A DNA stretch of 63,441 bases, the filler included, from Octopus bimaculoides (lineage: Eukaryota), in assembly GCF_001194135.2 (NCBI RefSeq). It is 6 parts of 6 records of this genome, joined end to end, with 100 filler letters (N's around TTAATTAATTAA, not from the genome) between each part and the next. Parts side by side here need not be neighbours in the genome. Positions count along the whole stretch, not along the records: positions 44,685 to 52,481 come from NC_068997.1; positions 52,582 to 62,147 come from NW_026310003.1; positions 62,248 to 63,441 come from NC_069000.1; 3 more parts are not named here. One strand, written 5' to 3'. The notes beneath the pieces were generated by a model, which was not told the origin of the DNA, did not search any database, and saw only the letters and a program-made list of their open reading frames with translations. Shown here piece by piece: positions 51,601 through 63,441 of this stretch (position 1 is the first letter of the stretch; every line of letters starts with the position of its first letter). The position numbers and the translations under genes were made by a program.

Positions 51601-54600
51601 GTTAGTGTTTGTTGTGATACTTGATTAAACATTGCAATATGTATGCCTTTATAATTTTCGTCATTCTATGTGCAAAACCTGCAGTTTATGTGATGGTTGC
51701 ATCAATTTATAAATCAGAATATTGAGATAAAGATTAAGAAGTTTGTATGGAACCATGATTATATCTGGTTAATGGAAGAACCTCTTTTACACAAAAACTA
51801 GCATTCCTTTCTTTTGAGTTATAAGAATGCATAGAGATTTATCATCTACATGATTGGGAACAATATTTTTATTAGGATAAATGAGTATTGAGTCCAATAG
51901 TACATTAGACTATATTATAACTTTTTGAGCCGAAGCCTGGCAATAAGAGTTTGCGTATATTCTGCTACAAAACATTCAATAATATTGAAGTGGTAACTTT
52001 CATAAATCAGGGTATAATTTTTGAAGGTTCTTTCTGAACCCAGTCAGCAACAGGTATTTCTGCTAGTATATATGTATATATATATCTTAATATATAAATC
52101 TGAAATTGTGTGTTTGTGTGAAGCCTTTTTGAATGTTTATAGAAATCCACATTTTCCACTTTTTCGTAAAAATTTTTACATCAATGGAATTTTCTCGATC
52201 TGAACTTTCCAGTGTAGTAATTAGATTTTTTTTAATTCCGTTTACTTTGTGTGATTTAAGGGAGATTTGGCTGTTGTTTCTAGCAACTTTTATATTTCAT
52301 CCCTGCTACCTGGAATGCCATTCTTACACACGCGCTCAACATAAAAATATAGAGAGTAAGAGTAAAAGAGGGAGAGGGAGAGAGAGAGAAAGTGATACAT
52401 ACAACGTCATAGATTAAACTTTCATCTCAGTATTCTTTACCTATTTTTCATAACATAGATATGTAAAAACACACACAACCANNNNNNNNNNNNNNNNNNN
52501 NNNNNNNNNNNNNNNNNNNNNNNNNTTAATTAATTAANNNNNNNNNNNNNNNNNNNNNNNNNNNNNNNNNNNNNNNNNNNNGACTCCTTTTATTTAAACG
52601 CGTCGCACGGTCGAACACAAAATTATATATCAGATGATGATATACATGATATGTTATACGACGATAACATAGATGACCAATAATGAAACACCACAACCGT
52701 ATTAGATGAATAACAGACATATTTATTGTAGCGTTAAAGATGTATGTCTGTGTGAGAGTGTGAATGCGACATATAAGAACATAATCAAAGACAGGCCGTC
52801 ATACAAAGAAAAGTGTGTATGTGAGTGATACATGTATGCGTATGTGTATTATTACAGCAGATAGAAAGAGTCAATAACACGTGAGCAATTATACCAGTTC
52901 TTTAGTACACTATAGGAAAAGTTCTGTATGTGAAAGTGAGGGGGCTGAGTGTGGCAGAGCTGATCACTAGTTGTGATGTTGTGGCATCGATGCCGGGCCG
53001 TGATTCTTGTTATACAGNNNNNNNNNNNNNNNNNNNNNNNNNNNNNNNNNNNNNNNNNNNNNNNNNNNNNNNNNNNNNNNNNNNNNNNNNNNNNNNNNNN
53101 NNNNNNNNNNNNNNNNNNNNNNNNNNNNNNNNNNNNNNNNNNNNNNNNNNNNNNNNNNNNNNNNNNNNNNNNNNNNNNNNNNNNNNNNNNNNNNNNNNNN
53201 NNNNNNNNNNNNNNNNNNNNNNNNNNNNNNNNNNNNNNNNNNNNNNNNNNNNNNNNNNNNNNNNNNNNNNNNNNNNNNNNNNNNNNNNNNNNNNNNNNNN
53301 NNNNNNNNNNNNNNNNNNNNNNNNNNNNNNNNNNNNNNNNNNNNNNNNNNNNNNNNNNNNNNNNNNNNNNNNNNNNNNNNNNNNNNNNNNNNNNNNNNNN
53401 NNNNNNNNNNNNNNNNNNNNNNNNNNNNNNNNNNNNNNNNNNNNNNNNNNNNNNNNNNNNNNNNNNNNNNNNNNNNNNNNNNNNNNNNNNNNNNNNNNNN
53501 NNNNNNNNNNNNNNNNNNNNNNNNNNNNNNNNNNNNNNNNNNNNNNNNNNNNNNNNNNNNNNNNNNNNNNNNNNNNNNNNNNNNNNNNNNNNNNNNNNNN
53601 NNNNNNNNNNNNNNNNNNNNNNNNNNNNNNNNNNNNNNNNNNNNNNNNNNNNNNNNNNNNNNNNNNNNNNNNNNNNNNNNNNNNNNNNNNNNNNNNNNNN
53701 NNNNNNNNNNNNNNNNNNNNNNNNNNNNNNNNNNNNNNNNNNNNNNNNNNNNNNNNNNNNNNNNNNNNNNNNNNNNNNNNNNNNNNNNNNNNNNNNNNNN
53801 NNNNNNNNNNNNNNNNNNNNNNNNNNNNNNNNNNNNNNNNNNNNNNNNNNNNNNNNNNNNNNNNNNNNNNNNNNNNNNNNNNNNNNNNNNNNNNNNNNNN
53901 NNNNNNNNNNNNNNNNNNNNNNNNNNNNNNNNNNNNNNNNNNNNNNNNNNNNNNNNNNNNNNNNNNNNTATATATATATACATGTATGTATGTATGTACA
54001 AAAGGAAATGACTGATAAAGAGAGAAAGAAAGTTTTAATAGGAAATACACGGTGAATGTAGGTTAGGGAAAATTTCACTTTCATTTTTGTCAATCGCCTC
54101 GCTGAAACTAATCTGGTTTTCCCCAGTGGTGGCCACTGTTTGGCGTGTAGCCCCGCCCCCTTCCCCGCTTCAAACCTTCAATTTGTGGATACACGCGCGT
54201 GCGCACACACATACACATATATATATACACACACACTCACACAAACTAGCACTCTGCCGGTTGTAACCGACAGAGGTTCCAGCTGATCCAATCAACGGAA
54301 CAGCCTGTTCGTGAAGTTAACACTTGTAGCCTTAATGTAGTTCTCAGGTTCTCCTCATTTTTTGCCAGTTGACTGAAATGGACCAACTTGAAATAAGGGC
54401 AATCAACTGGAATAAGTCTCAGTCTTATCTAGATTCGTTCGTTAGCTTCCATGTACGTGACAGCACGTTTTTGTCAACTGTAGGCACTTGGAATATTATC
54501 ACTAATACGGATTTTTCGGCGTCGATCTCGTTTTCTTCTTGGCAATTTACAGATTTTACATATACAAATGAAGTACATAAGAACGAACCCTAGCCGCATA

Positions 54601-54899
54601 CACATACACGCACAAAAAGGCATGCATACAAACAAAAATACTCTGTTGTTGATGTTGAAATTCCAATGAAGGAACTTTGGATCTCGGTTAGAAACTGGTT
54701 CTCACTTTATTGGCAAGAAATCATGGAATGAACTGAATAATGACATTATAAAAATATGCAAGGCTTTTCTCAAGTTTAGAATGCCACATTGTTTCTGTTA
54801 CCTACATTCCACATACATACAGAAAAGAAGTATGTAGATGTATGTCTGTGCGTCGAAAAAGCCATATTAGGGATAGTACTCAATGTGTTTACTACTGAC

Positions 54900-55080
54900 A
54901 ACACGTGCTGTCAAGCATACGGAAACTAACGAACGAATCTTGACAAGTCTGACACTTATTTCGATTGATTGCCAAAATGAAATAAGGTGTCTTGCTCAAG
55001 GACAACGCGCCACCAGGATTCGAACTCAATACCTTACAATTGTGAGCTGAATACCTCAAGCACGAAGTCATATGGTACAA
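54900..55080 (-). mobile_element. old SINE with CORE-like domain and tRNA-like head
   Basis: gtgtcttgctcaaggacaacgc..ggattcgaactc. Confidence 0.55.
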
Positions 55081-55145
55081 ACACATATATAATACATATG
55101 TAACATGGTTACGACAAACACTTGGTGTCAGTTAATATGCATATC

Positions 55146-56480
55146 AGCATCATCATCATCATCATCGTTTAATGTCTGTTTTCCATGCTGACATGGGTTG
55201 GACGGTTTGACTGGGGACTGGCAAGCCAGGAGGCTGCACCAGGCTCCAATCTGATTGAGCAGGGCCATCTACCTGAAGGGATTTGTGGTTTGTCTGCCTT
55301 CTTACTTACTAAGACTTTGGTTTTTGCTAGATTGACTCAAAGATCCTTCAAATCTAGACCTTGCTTCCACACCTGAAACTTCTCCTCTGGTTCTGATAGT
55401 GACTCAGCTATTAGAGCAAGGTCATCAGCATAGAGAAGCTCCCAGGGGCTTCCTGTCTTGAATTCCTCTGTTATTGTCTGGAGGACTATGAGAGGGAGCT
55501 GAAGATTGATCCTTGGTGAACCCCTACTTCTACCCAGAATTCTTCACTATACTCATTGCCGACCCTCATCTTACTGACAGCATCCCTGTACATGGCTCGC
55601 ACAGCTCTCACTAACCACTTATCTATCACTAGTTTCCGCATTGACCACCAGATAAGAGATTGGGGAACCCTGTAAAGGCTTTCTCCATGTCAACAAAAGT
55701 CAGGTTAGAGGTTTATCTTTGGCTAGGTATTTCTCCTACAGCTGTCTTACTAGAAATATAGCATCAGTGGTGCTTTTCCCTGGCACAAACCCAAACCGCA
55801 TCTCGTCTAAACTGACTCCCACCCTAATTAGTTGGGCTATGATCCTCTCCATTGACTTTCATTACCTGATCCAACAACTGTAATTATTTCTATCTAATGC
55901 ATCACCTTTACCTTTGTAGCAGTTGACTATGGTGCTGCTACACCAGTCATTGGGTATGACTCCTTCGTGTATCATCTGATTGACTATATGGGTAACTAGA
56001 CTGTAACTGACACCACCAGACATTTTAAGCATCTCAGCAGTGATTCCTGATGAGCCAGGGGCTTTTCCTGTTTTCATACCCTTAATTGCTTCATCCACCA
56101 AGGGACTGTCGATTGGGATAGCTAGTCCCTCTGTTGGGTCGACATTTGGCAGACTCTCTTTCTCCCATTCGTTCTCTTCATTCAGAAACTTTTCATAGTG
56201 GCGTCTCCAAGTCTCTCTCTTTGCAGCCTCAATGAACACAAGTGAGCCATCATCCATGCAGACACATTTCTCTCCTATGACATTATGATTCTCTTTCACA
56301 CACTGTCTTGCAACATGAAACACTTCAAGTCTTTGGTCTTCATGGCGCAGGACATTGGCAAATTTTTTTCTTATCTGCTTCCCTCTGGCTAAGTAAACCT
56401 GTCTCCTAGCTTCCCTTCTGGCAGTCTGATATAGTTCCCTGCTAAGGCTTCTTGCAACACAGAGTCAGTCTTATGTGAAC
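55146..56480 (-). mobile_element. RTE LINE RT fragment joined to an RTE 3' tail
   Basis: KAPGSSGITAEMLK...WCSSTIVNCYKGKGDALDRNNY; PWELLYADDLALIAE; internal deletion near 55258 joins RT to the (CAT)n tail segment. Confidence 0.92.
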
Positions 56481-56809
56481 ATCTTGTTTCACAGGTGCTG
56501 GAGCTCTTCAACAGATAATGGATAATTAGGCTGATTTTCCACACTGCTGTAATTACGTGTGGCTACATTGATTCTTCATCCGTTTCCAGGTTGGGTACAA
56601 AGCTATGAAAACAACTATTAGAAGAATCGTACCTGCACGAATCACCGCAGAGATGCTTAAAATATCTTGTGATGTAGGCTATGACCTAGTCACCTGTATA
56701 GTCAATCAGGCTATGACCTAGTCACCTGTATAGTCAATAAAAATGGTTGAGTTAGTGTGTTGACGGAGCTGTTGAGGCAGACACCAAAGTGTGTCCATCT
56801 ATTCATTTA

Positions 56810-56935
56810 AAGAATTTCAGATGGAGAATCGTCAAAATGTTTTAGAAATCTTCACTGTGTCTCTAATAGATTGAACTAGTAGAATTCACATCAATTTCTT
56901 TTGCTCTTTCTTCAAAGAACCTAATATTTCTAGGA
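56810..56935 (-). mobile_element. diverged R4-like RLE C-terminal fragment (family A related)
   Basis: ILGSLKKEQKKLM*ILLVQSIRDTVKISKTF*RFSI* parallels KLGFLKPGKGKLIRRLQIQSITGTAKICRTFQKFI. Confidence 0.55.
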
Positions 56936-57195
56936 ATCTATGTATGTGTGTGTGCATATGTACACTGAGCGGCAGTGTCTGCTTTGGTATGGTTTACACA
57001 CCTGGATGTAACTTCCAAGCAAACACCACTTTACAGAGTGTCCAAGCTGATTTTCTTTGTGGCAGCAACACTAATGCAGTCACCAACTTCCAAGCCTTAA
57101 ACTGTCCCAGATGCAATGTCTGACACATTCCCATAGATATTCTCCCACTCTGCCACACACTGTCTCATTGATACTACCTCTCACTTTCTCATATA

Positions 57196-58413
57196 TCAGG
57201 TCATCCCATAAGTTCTGTCCGAATTTTTAATAAAGAAAACAAGTGATCAACTGTTATATTTAATTGAAATTTAATCATCAATGTACTTTCCCTGATTATC
57301 TATGACTTCCTTCCATCTATTTACAAGCTTTTTAATCCCATCAATGCAAAACTCTTTTGGTTTCAAAGCAAAGAACTCTGAAATGTCAGTTTCGACCTCC
57401 TCCTGGCTTGCGAAAGTTACGTCCCCCAAATGATTCTGTAAATTACGAAACAAATGGTAGTCTGAAGAAGCAAGGCCGGGAGAATAAGGTGGATGAGGAA
57501 TTTTTTCCTCACCAAGTTCTTCGATCTTCTGAGATGTGATCTTTGCAGTGTGGGGTCGCGCATTGTCCTGATGAAACATCACTCCTTTTCGATTCACTAA
57601 AGTGGGTCTTTTTTCCTTCAAAGCTTGGCTCAAACACTCTAATTGCTGACAGTAAACTTGAGCATTGATTGTTGCATTAGGTGGTAACAATTCATCGCAA
57701 TCCCACCAGATAGAGAGAAGAACNNNNNNNNNNNNNNNNNNNNNNNNNNNNNNNNNNNNNNNNNNNNNNNNNNNNNNNNNNNNNNNNNNNNNNNNNNNNN
57801 NNNNNNNNNNNNNNNNNNNNNNNNNNNNNNNNNNNNNNNNNNNNNNNNNNNNNNNNNNNNNNNNNNNNNNNNNNNNNNNNNNNNNNNNNNNNNNNNNNNN
57901 NNNNNNNNNNNNNNNNNNNNNNNNNNNNNNNNNNNNNNNNNNNNNNNNNNNNNNNNNNNNNNNNNNNNNNNNNNNNNNNNNNNNNNNNNNNNNNNNNNNN
58001 NNNNNNNNNNNNNNNNNNNNNNNNNNNNNNNNNNNNNNNNNNNNNNNNNNNNNNNNNNNNNNNNNNNNNNNNNNNNNNNNNNNNNNNNNNGAATTTTGCA
58101 AGCCATCTTCTGCAAGTTCTTTCATTCAAGCATTCTTTCCCATAAACTGAGTGTATGTTTTGAGTCACTTCGGCTGCAGAGTTTCCTTTTTTGTACTCAT
58201 AAAGCATTATGTGCCTTAAATGCTCTTTGGATACTTCCATGTTAGAAAGGATTTTAATCAAAGAAATTTTAATTCTATTATTCTATAAAATAATATTTAA
58301 TTAGTTTAAATGTACACAAATGCATAAAAATAATTTTTTATTCCATTAGACATTCTGAAATACTATTAAATTTCATTCAATTTTAAAAAAGGTAAAATCG
58401 GACAGAACTTATG
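57196..58413 (-). mobile_element. mariner transposon, near full length, centre in a gap
   Basis: MEVSKEHLRHIMLYEYKKGNSAAE...; FHQDNARPHTAK; HPPYSPGLASSDYHLF; TIR tcaggtcatcccataagttctgtccga after TA; right TIR tcggacagaacttatg with outer part lost. Confidence 0.95.
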
Positions 58414-58872
58414 ATACAATATGTGTTGCTGTCCCATTTAAATTGTTTGAAAACATCCAAGATGCTGTGTCTGGCATTCTGTCATATACATCCAGGGCTG
58501 GATTCATGGTGGGGGGTGCAAAGGGGATAATTTCCCTGGGCACCTAGATATTGGTTGGGAGCACCTGCTAGGAAGGACATGCTGACTGCCAGCAATCAGG
58601 CATGAAGAGACTGTCTTTCAATATACAAAGGTATTTTGGCTTCTTAAAAATGTAATGGATTCTCTTTAATAGCCACTTTAGAGACACCAAATAATTCAAT
58701 TAATAACAGTCCCAAAGCACTTACAATTCCCAAGGGAATTATTAATTGTAGTTGCTTTTGGGACAACAGAGAAAAGGGTAACAACAGAACACTCCTGACA
58801 ATGTATGTATGGTATCTGTGAGTGTATATGTGTTTGTATATGTTTACGTATGAATGTATAAAGAGATTTTTT

Positions 58873-60202
58873 GGTCAATATAAAGATCTTCACCCATGAA
58901 CAAAAAAATAAATAAACAAATAAATAAATAAACCTGCCTGCTGGGTGTTAACAAGTATGTAGAAAACGAATATGAAAAAAAAATTGGGGCTAACAACCCT
59001 GGGATGGTGGGGATAGGACTTTCAGAAAATTTTCACAAGATCTGATTTTTCCGTCATAATTTTCGGTAAAATGGATACATATTGATTTTTTTTAGGGAAT
59101 CCCATGTTTTTGATTATGGAGGATCCGATTCTGAAAAAAAAAAATTTCAAAATTTCAATTCTCCCCCCACCCCCTTCATTTTTCACTTTTTCCAAAAATT
59201 TTTTGTTTGCGAAATACATAGAAAAATAGAAAGATTACAATTCTGAAAAAAAAATTGTTTGTAAAATTTCAATTTTTCAATAAAAAAAAAACAAAAAATA
59301 TATATATCCCCAGGCCTTCAAGCTGGCTATCCACATGCTAGAAATAACAGCTAAATTTCACAAAACTGCGATAACCTAATGTAATCAATCTACTCACCTT
59401 TCTGCAAAGATGTCTTTCAAAGTAATTTCCTAGAATAATATGACAAAGTAATTCATGTGAAATAGACAAAACAACCATTCATTTTCCCTTTTAGACAGCA
59501 GGATTCGTGTTTATTTTTTTCTATATTCTTAATCACTGTATTTTCCTACGTAGATTGATTGAAAAAAAAATCACAAAAATTTAAAAGAAAAACAGAAAAA
59601 TCCTACTTTAATTTCTCATGAATTACTTTGTCGAATTACTCTGGGAAATTACTCTGAAAGAAATCTTTGCAGAAAGGTGAGGAGATGGATTACTATTATG
59701 TTATCACAGTTTTGTGAGATTTAGCTGTTATTTCTAACAAGTGGATAGTCAGCTTGAAGGCCTGGGGGTATATATTCTTTTTTTTTTTTGGTCGAAAAAC
59801 TGAAATTTTACAAACAAATTTTTTTTCAGAATCGTAATCTTTTGTATTTTTCTACGTATTTTGCAAAAAAAATAAAATTTCTGGAGAAATTGAAAAAAAT
59901 GAAGGACGGAGATGGAATTGAAATTTTGAAAATGCGATTTTTGAAAATTTTTTTTCAGAATCGGATCCTCCATAACCAAAAACATGGAATTCCATAAAAA
60001 GAAAATCGATATATATCTATTTTACCGAAAATTATGACGGAAAAATCTGATCCTGTGAAAATTTTCTGAAAGTCCTATCCCCACCATCCCAGGGTCGTTA
60101 GCATAATTTTTTTTTTCATATCTGTTTTCTACATACTTGATAAAACCCAGCAGGCGGGCTGATTTTTTTTTTGGCTCATGGGTGAAAATCTTTATATTGA
60201 CT
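58873..60202. mobile_element. 1.33-kb non-autonomous foldback element with 8-bp TSD (Merlin- or MULE-like)
   Basis: Arms of ~560 bp begin ggtcaatataaagat / end atctttatattgact; GATTTTTT at 58865-58872 and 60203-60210. Confidence 0.85.
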
Positions 60203-60216
60203 GATTTTTTTAAATA

Positions 60217-60360
60217 TATTTCTTTATTACCCACAAGGGGCTAAACATAGAGGGGACAAACAAGGACAGACAAAAAGGGATTAAGTCGATTACATTGACC
60301 CCAGTGCATAACTGGTACTTATTTAATCAATCCCGAAAGGATGAAAGGCAAAGTCAACTT
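60217..60360 (-). mobile_element. 5'-truncated SINE (16732-16959 family)
   Basis: tatttctttattacccacaaggggctaaacatagaggggacaaac...gaaaggcaaagtcaac. Confidence 0.85.
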
Positions 60361-62247
60361 TAAATGTATAAGGAGATTGATAGAAAAATGTTGTCTCTCG
60401 GCCAAATTTCTTCTTTCAATGCTGAGCTTGACTTTGGCCAACAACAGTTCAAGGGACACATGCACATTTCGACTTCTAAACTGGTCTAATTTTATGAAAC
60501 AAGTAAATAAAGAAAACTTTTGAATTTAGTTCTAATTATAAAATTACATCTCTCAACAGCTAAAACCATTATTTTTCAGCTTTGGAACCATTTTTTTTTT
60601 CTTCTTATTTTTTCATATTTTTCATCTTTCTTGGAATCACTATACAGAAGTGGGGCAAAATTGGTAATTGAGTCTTGTTATTTTCTCTTATTTTGTAACG
60701 TTGTATCATCTTTGGGAGTAAAATTAAGTCAGTATACTTTATGTGGCTGTTGTTGAAGTTGAATGTTTGAAATATAGGTGACAGGTACTATTTTCAAGAA
60801 ATTTTCCCTCCAATTTGACCCATTTGTAATTGAGGTAACTAATAAAATATCTGGATAATTTTTGGGTGAAGAAGCTATAAGGGATATTTTGTTGAGTTTT
60901 TAGATTTAGTTCCGTTTGATTGTGTTGTGTCTGGGGAGAGTCATTCTGTTGCATTAATTTCATATTATGCTCTACTTTTCCATAATCCTCTTTCGTGTGA
61001 CCAAGATATTTAAGATTTTGTTGCATTTCTGATCTTTCTTNNNNNNNNNNNNNNNNNNNNNNNNNNNNNNNNNNNNNNNNNNNNNNNNNNNNNNNNNNNN
61101 NNNNNNNNNNNNNNNNNNNNNNNNNNNNNNNNNNNNNNNNNNNNNNNNNNNNNNNNNNNNNNNNNNTGTCTCGTCTTACCCATTTTGCCCCGCCTATATT
61201 TGTCCTTTATGTGCTCAAAGAGAACAGTTGATAACTTTCTGAAATAGTGTTCTGAATATATTATAGGTTTTACTGCATTTAGAAAAGGTCTTTACTCTGC
61301 TGATATAGTTTTGGTAAGGTAGTGAACATTTGTAAAAAACATATTCTTTTCCCAAAGTGAAAACTGCAGTAAATATTACTCGTTGTGCCCCACCTACTCT
61401 TACTGGAAACTGGCAAAGCAGACTTTTGCAAATAGCTGTTTGAATTTTCCTGTTTTTCTCAGAGTATGCCCATTTCTTTCTTTCTTTTCTTTTTTTCTCA
61501 CACATTACAAAACTATGAAGGGAAGCCATTTTAAAAAAAGAATTTTTTAAATCCATGTCTTTTAAATGTTGATATCTCTACCCCACTCTCTCTCTCTCAC
61601 ACACACATTCATCATGTCTTTGGAACAACAACCATAACCACAAAAATGATTTTTTTTCTTTTTCATAATTTTCTGTCATTTTATCTTCTTCTACATTCTG
61701 AAACATATGTAATGCACATTAAAAGAGATAAAATCTTACCCCACTCTTCCCTACCACGAGTGTATGTGTGAAAGATGAAACTTGAATTTGGAAAAACTGT
61801 TATCTATAAAGCGACATTTTTAGTCATTTATTTAAACTTTCTCTGCTAACTCATAAAATTCAATTATTTGAAAGAGATGGGTTTTGAGATTTAAATTTGG
61901 TAATTTTCTAAGATTTTAATTCTTGTGTACAAGGGGCCCACTGAACTTTAAGTGTCCCGGGCCTACCATGGTTTAAATCTAGTCCTGTATATATTACCTA
62001 TGTTGCCATACACTACCTCACACTGTCTCATTTCCATTGCCTTGAACTGTCCCAGATGCAATGTTTGTCACTCACTCAGATACACTCTCTGACTCTGCCA
62101 CACACTGTCTCATTGACACTACCTCACACTGTCTCATTTACTTTGCCNNNNNNNNNNNNNNNNNNNNNNNNNNNNNNNNNNNNNNNNNNNNTTAATTAAT
62201 TAANNNNNNNNNNNNNNNNNNNNNNNNNNNNNNNNNNNNNNNNNNNN

Positions 62248-62287
<40 letters not shown>

Positions 62288-62629
62288 TGGAAAACATAAA
62301 AGGTGGAAGAAAAATGCCTTCGTTTCATATAGTTTTATATATATTTCGTTTTACACTAAGGAGCGGTGTGCGGTACTAGAATTTTCGACTTGAGTCAAAT
62401 ATACGAAACTACTCCAAGTTGGAGTATCTGTGTGACATAATACAAGTTTGTGGGGGGAGGAGGGGAATGGAGGAATGAATGGATAATATGGTGGAAAGAC
62501 AATTTTATCACATTTTTGACATGATCACTTATAGGATACTTTTTCAATACTTACGGTAAAATAAACAGTAATTTCCACAGCCTAATGGTGTTATATTTGT
62601 TTGTTTCTTTTAATTTTTATGTTTCTCTG

Positions 62630-62990
62630 CAGATAACTTTACACCATAGTAGAACAGATCATATCATATACTGCATGCTGTAGGAATTCAAAAGAGGCTT
62701 TTCAGCAATGGAAACAGTACGAAGCCTCCGAACATACTAACGAAAGCTTAGTCAAGAAAATTTTATCTTCCAGATTCCCTTCAAGCTGGACGGCAGAGTT
62801 CTATCAATATTGAGCTTCTGAAAGCATAGTTGAGGAAAATGCACCACAAACTACACGAGATTTAGCGAAACGCTTCATTCATAAAACAACTTCAAGAACA
62901 ACGAAAAGTGTCCAAACTTAGTGGGTCTCTTGTCATCTGACTGTTTCTGAGTTTTAACAAGAAGTTTCCATCAGTTTGTCATTGAGGAAT
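62630..62990 (+). mobile_element. decayed mariner N-terminal fragment
   Basis: YCML*EFKRGFSAMETVRS and VEENAPQTTRDLAKR remnants. Confidence 0.55.
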
Positions 62991-63029
62991 AGACTTGCTG
63001 CCGGATTCATCACAACCCCCAACCCCAAC

Positions 63030-63390
63030 CTGCAACTTTCGAAACCTTACTAACTGCCCTCTGTGAGGACCCTGTCTCTCAAGGGCTGTAGTATGCAGAG
63101 CCACCCTTACTCCATCCAATAGCATTACCAGGCACTACACCGGCATGACAGCCAATGTCTTGAAGTTATTCCCAGAACTTGCATTCATTTAGATCCAGGG
63201 ACAGAGAGAACTCCACTTCCCTGTCACAGTTTCTCTGGAGACTCCGTAACCTCTGAGATGAAACACCCAGCATCAAGCGGGCTATTATCGACAGGGCGCC
63301 ACCATTTTCACCCAGGGCCCTTAATTGCCAGCTGTGCCTCCGTGAAAAACTGAATATCCTCTGCCAACCCGCAGAATCCACCAAGGAGCT
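63030..63390 (+). mobile_element. Penelope-like GIY-YIG endonuclease fragment
   Basis: NCPL*GPCLSRAVVCRAT...HYTGMT; HSFRSRDRENSTSLSQFLWRLR...IIDRAPPFSPRALNCQLCLREKLNIL. Confidence 0.8.
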
Positions 63391-63441
63391 TAATCAAAGT
63401 GTTTTTATCTATACATACATACATATATACATAAATACATA

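Larger units (their letters stand above)
58493..61987 (-). mobile_element. old hAT-like DNA transposon carrying nested insertions
   Basis: TIRs cagggctggattca / taaatctagtcctg (11/14 match); 8-bp flanks TATACATC / TATATATT (6/8); subterminal ggggccc; weak LSIE-like dimerisation remnant near 60400. Confidence 0.55.

Noticed and set aside
56677-56740. 32-bp tandem duplication aggctatgacctagtcacctgtatagtcaat
   Set aside because: A slippage duplication inside a small plus-strand RTE fragment (ITAEMLKISCDVGYDLVTCIVNQ); ordinary

Overview
AT-rich, gap-riddled eukaryotic genomic DNA. The SINE, RTE and Penelope repeat families and the dense microsatellites point to an octopus, possibly Octopus bimaculoides (inference from recalled repeat families, not a database search). 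The window is mainly a nested graveyard of mobile elements. These include three mariners with termini plus Tc1, maT/rosa-like and mariner fragments, an old hAT containing a 1.3-kb foldback element, and a Helitron helicase fragment split by an RTE insertion. There are also several RTE and CR1-type LINE pieces, many Penelope-like (GIY-YIG / terminal-repeat) remnants, three lineages of RLE-type non-LTR retroelements (two R4/Dong-like, one HERO-like) and many tRNA-derived SINEs. I recognise no intact host gene, and almost all ORFs in the supplied track are microsatellite or N-gap artefacts. The best leads are: a short in-frame-deleted R4/Dong derivative with a partial HDV-ribozyme-like fold; a Kozak-initiated signal-peptide-like exon (42076-42276) within a chain of co-oriented splice sites; a pre-miRNA-sized hairpin (31641-31706); and several long foldback structures. 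I found no convincing evidence of a new multi-gene system. Most boundaries are approximate.
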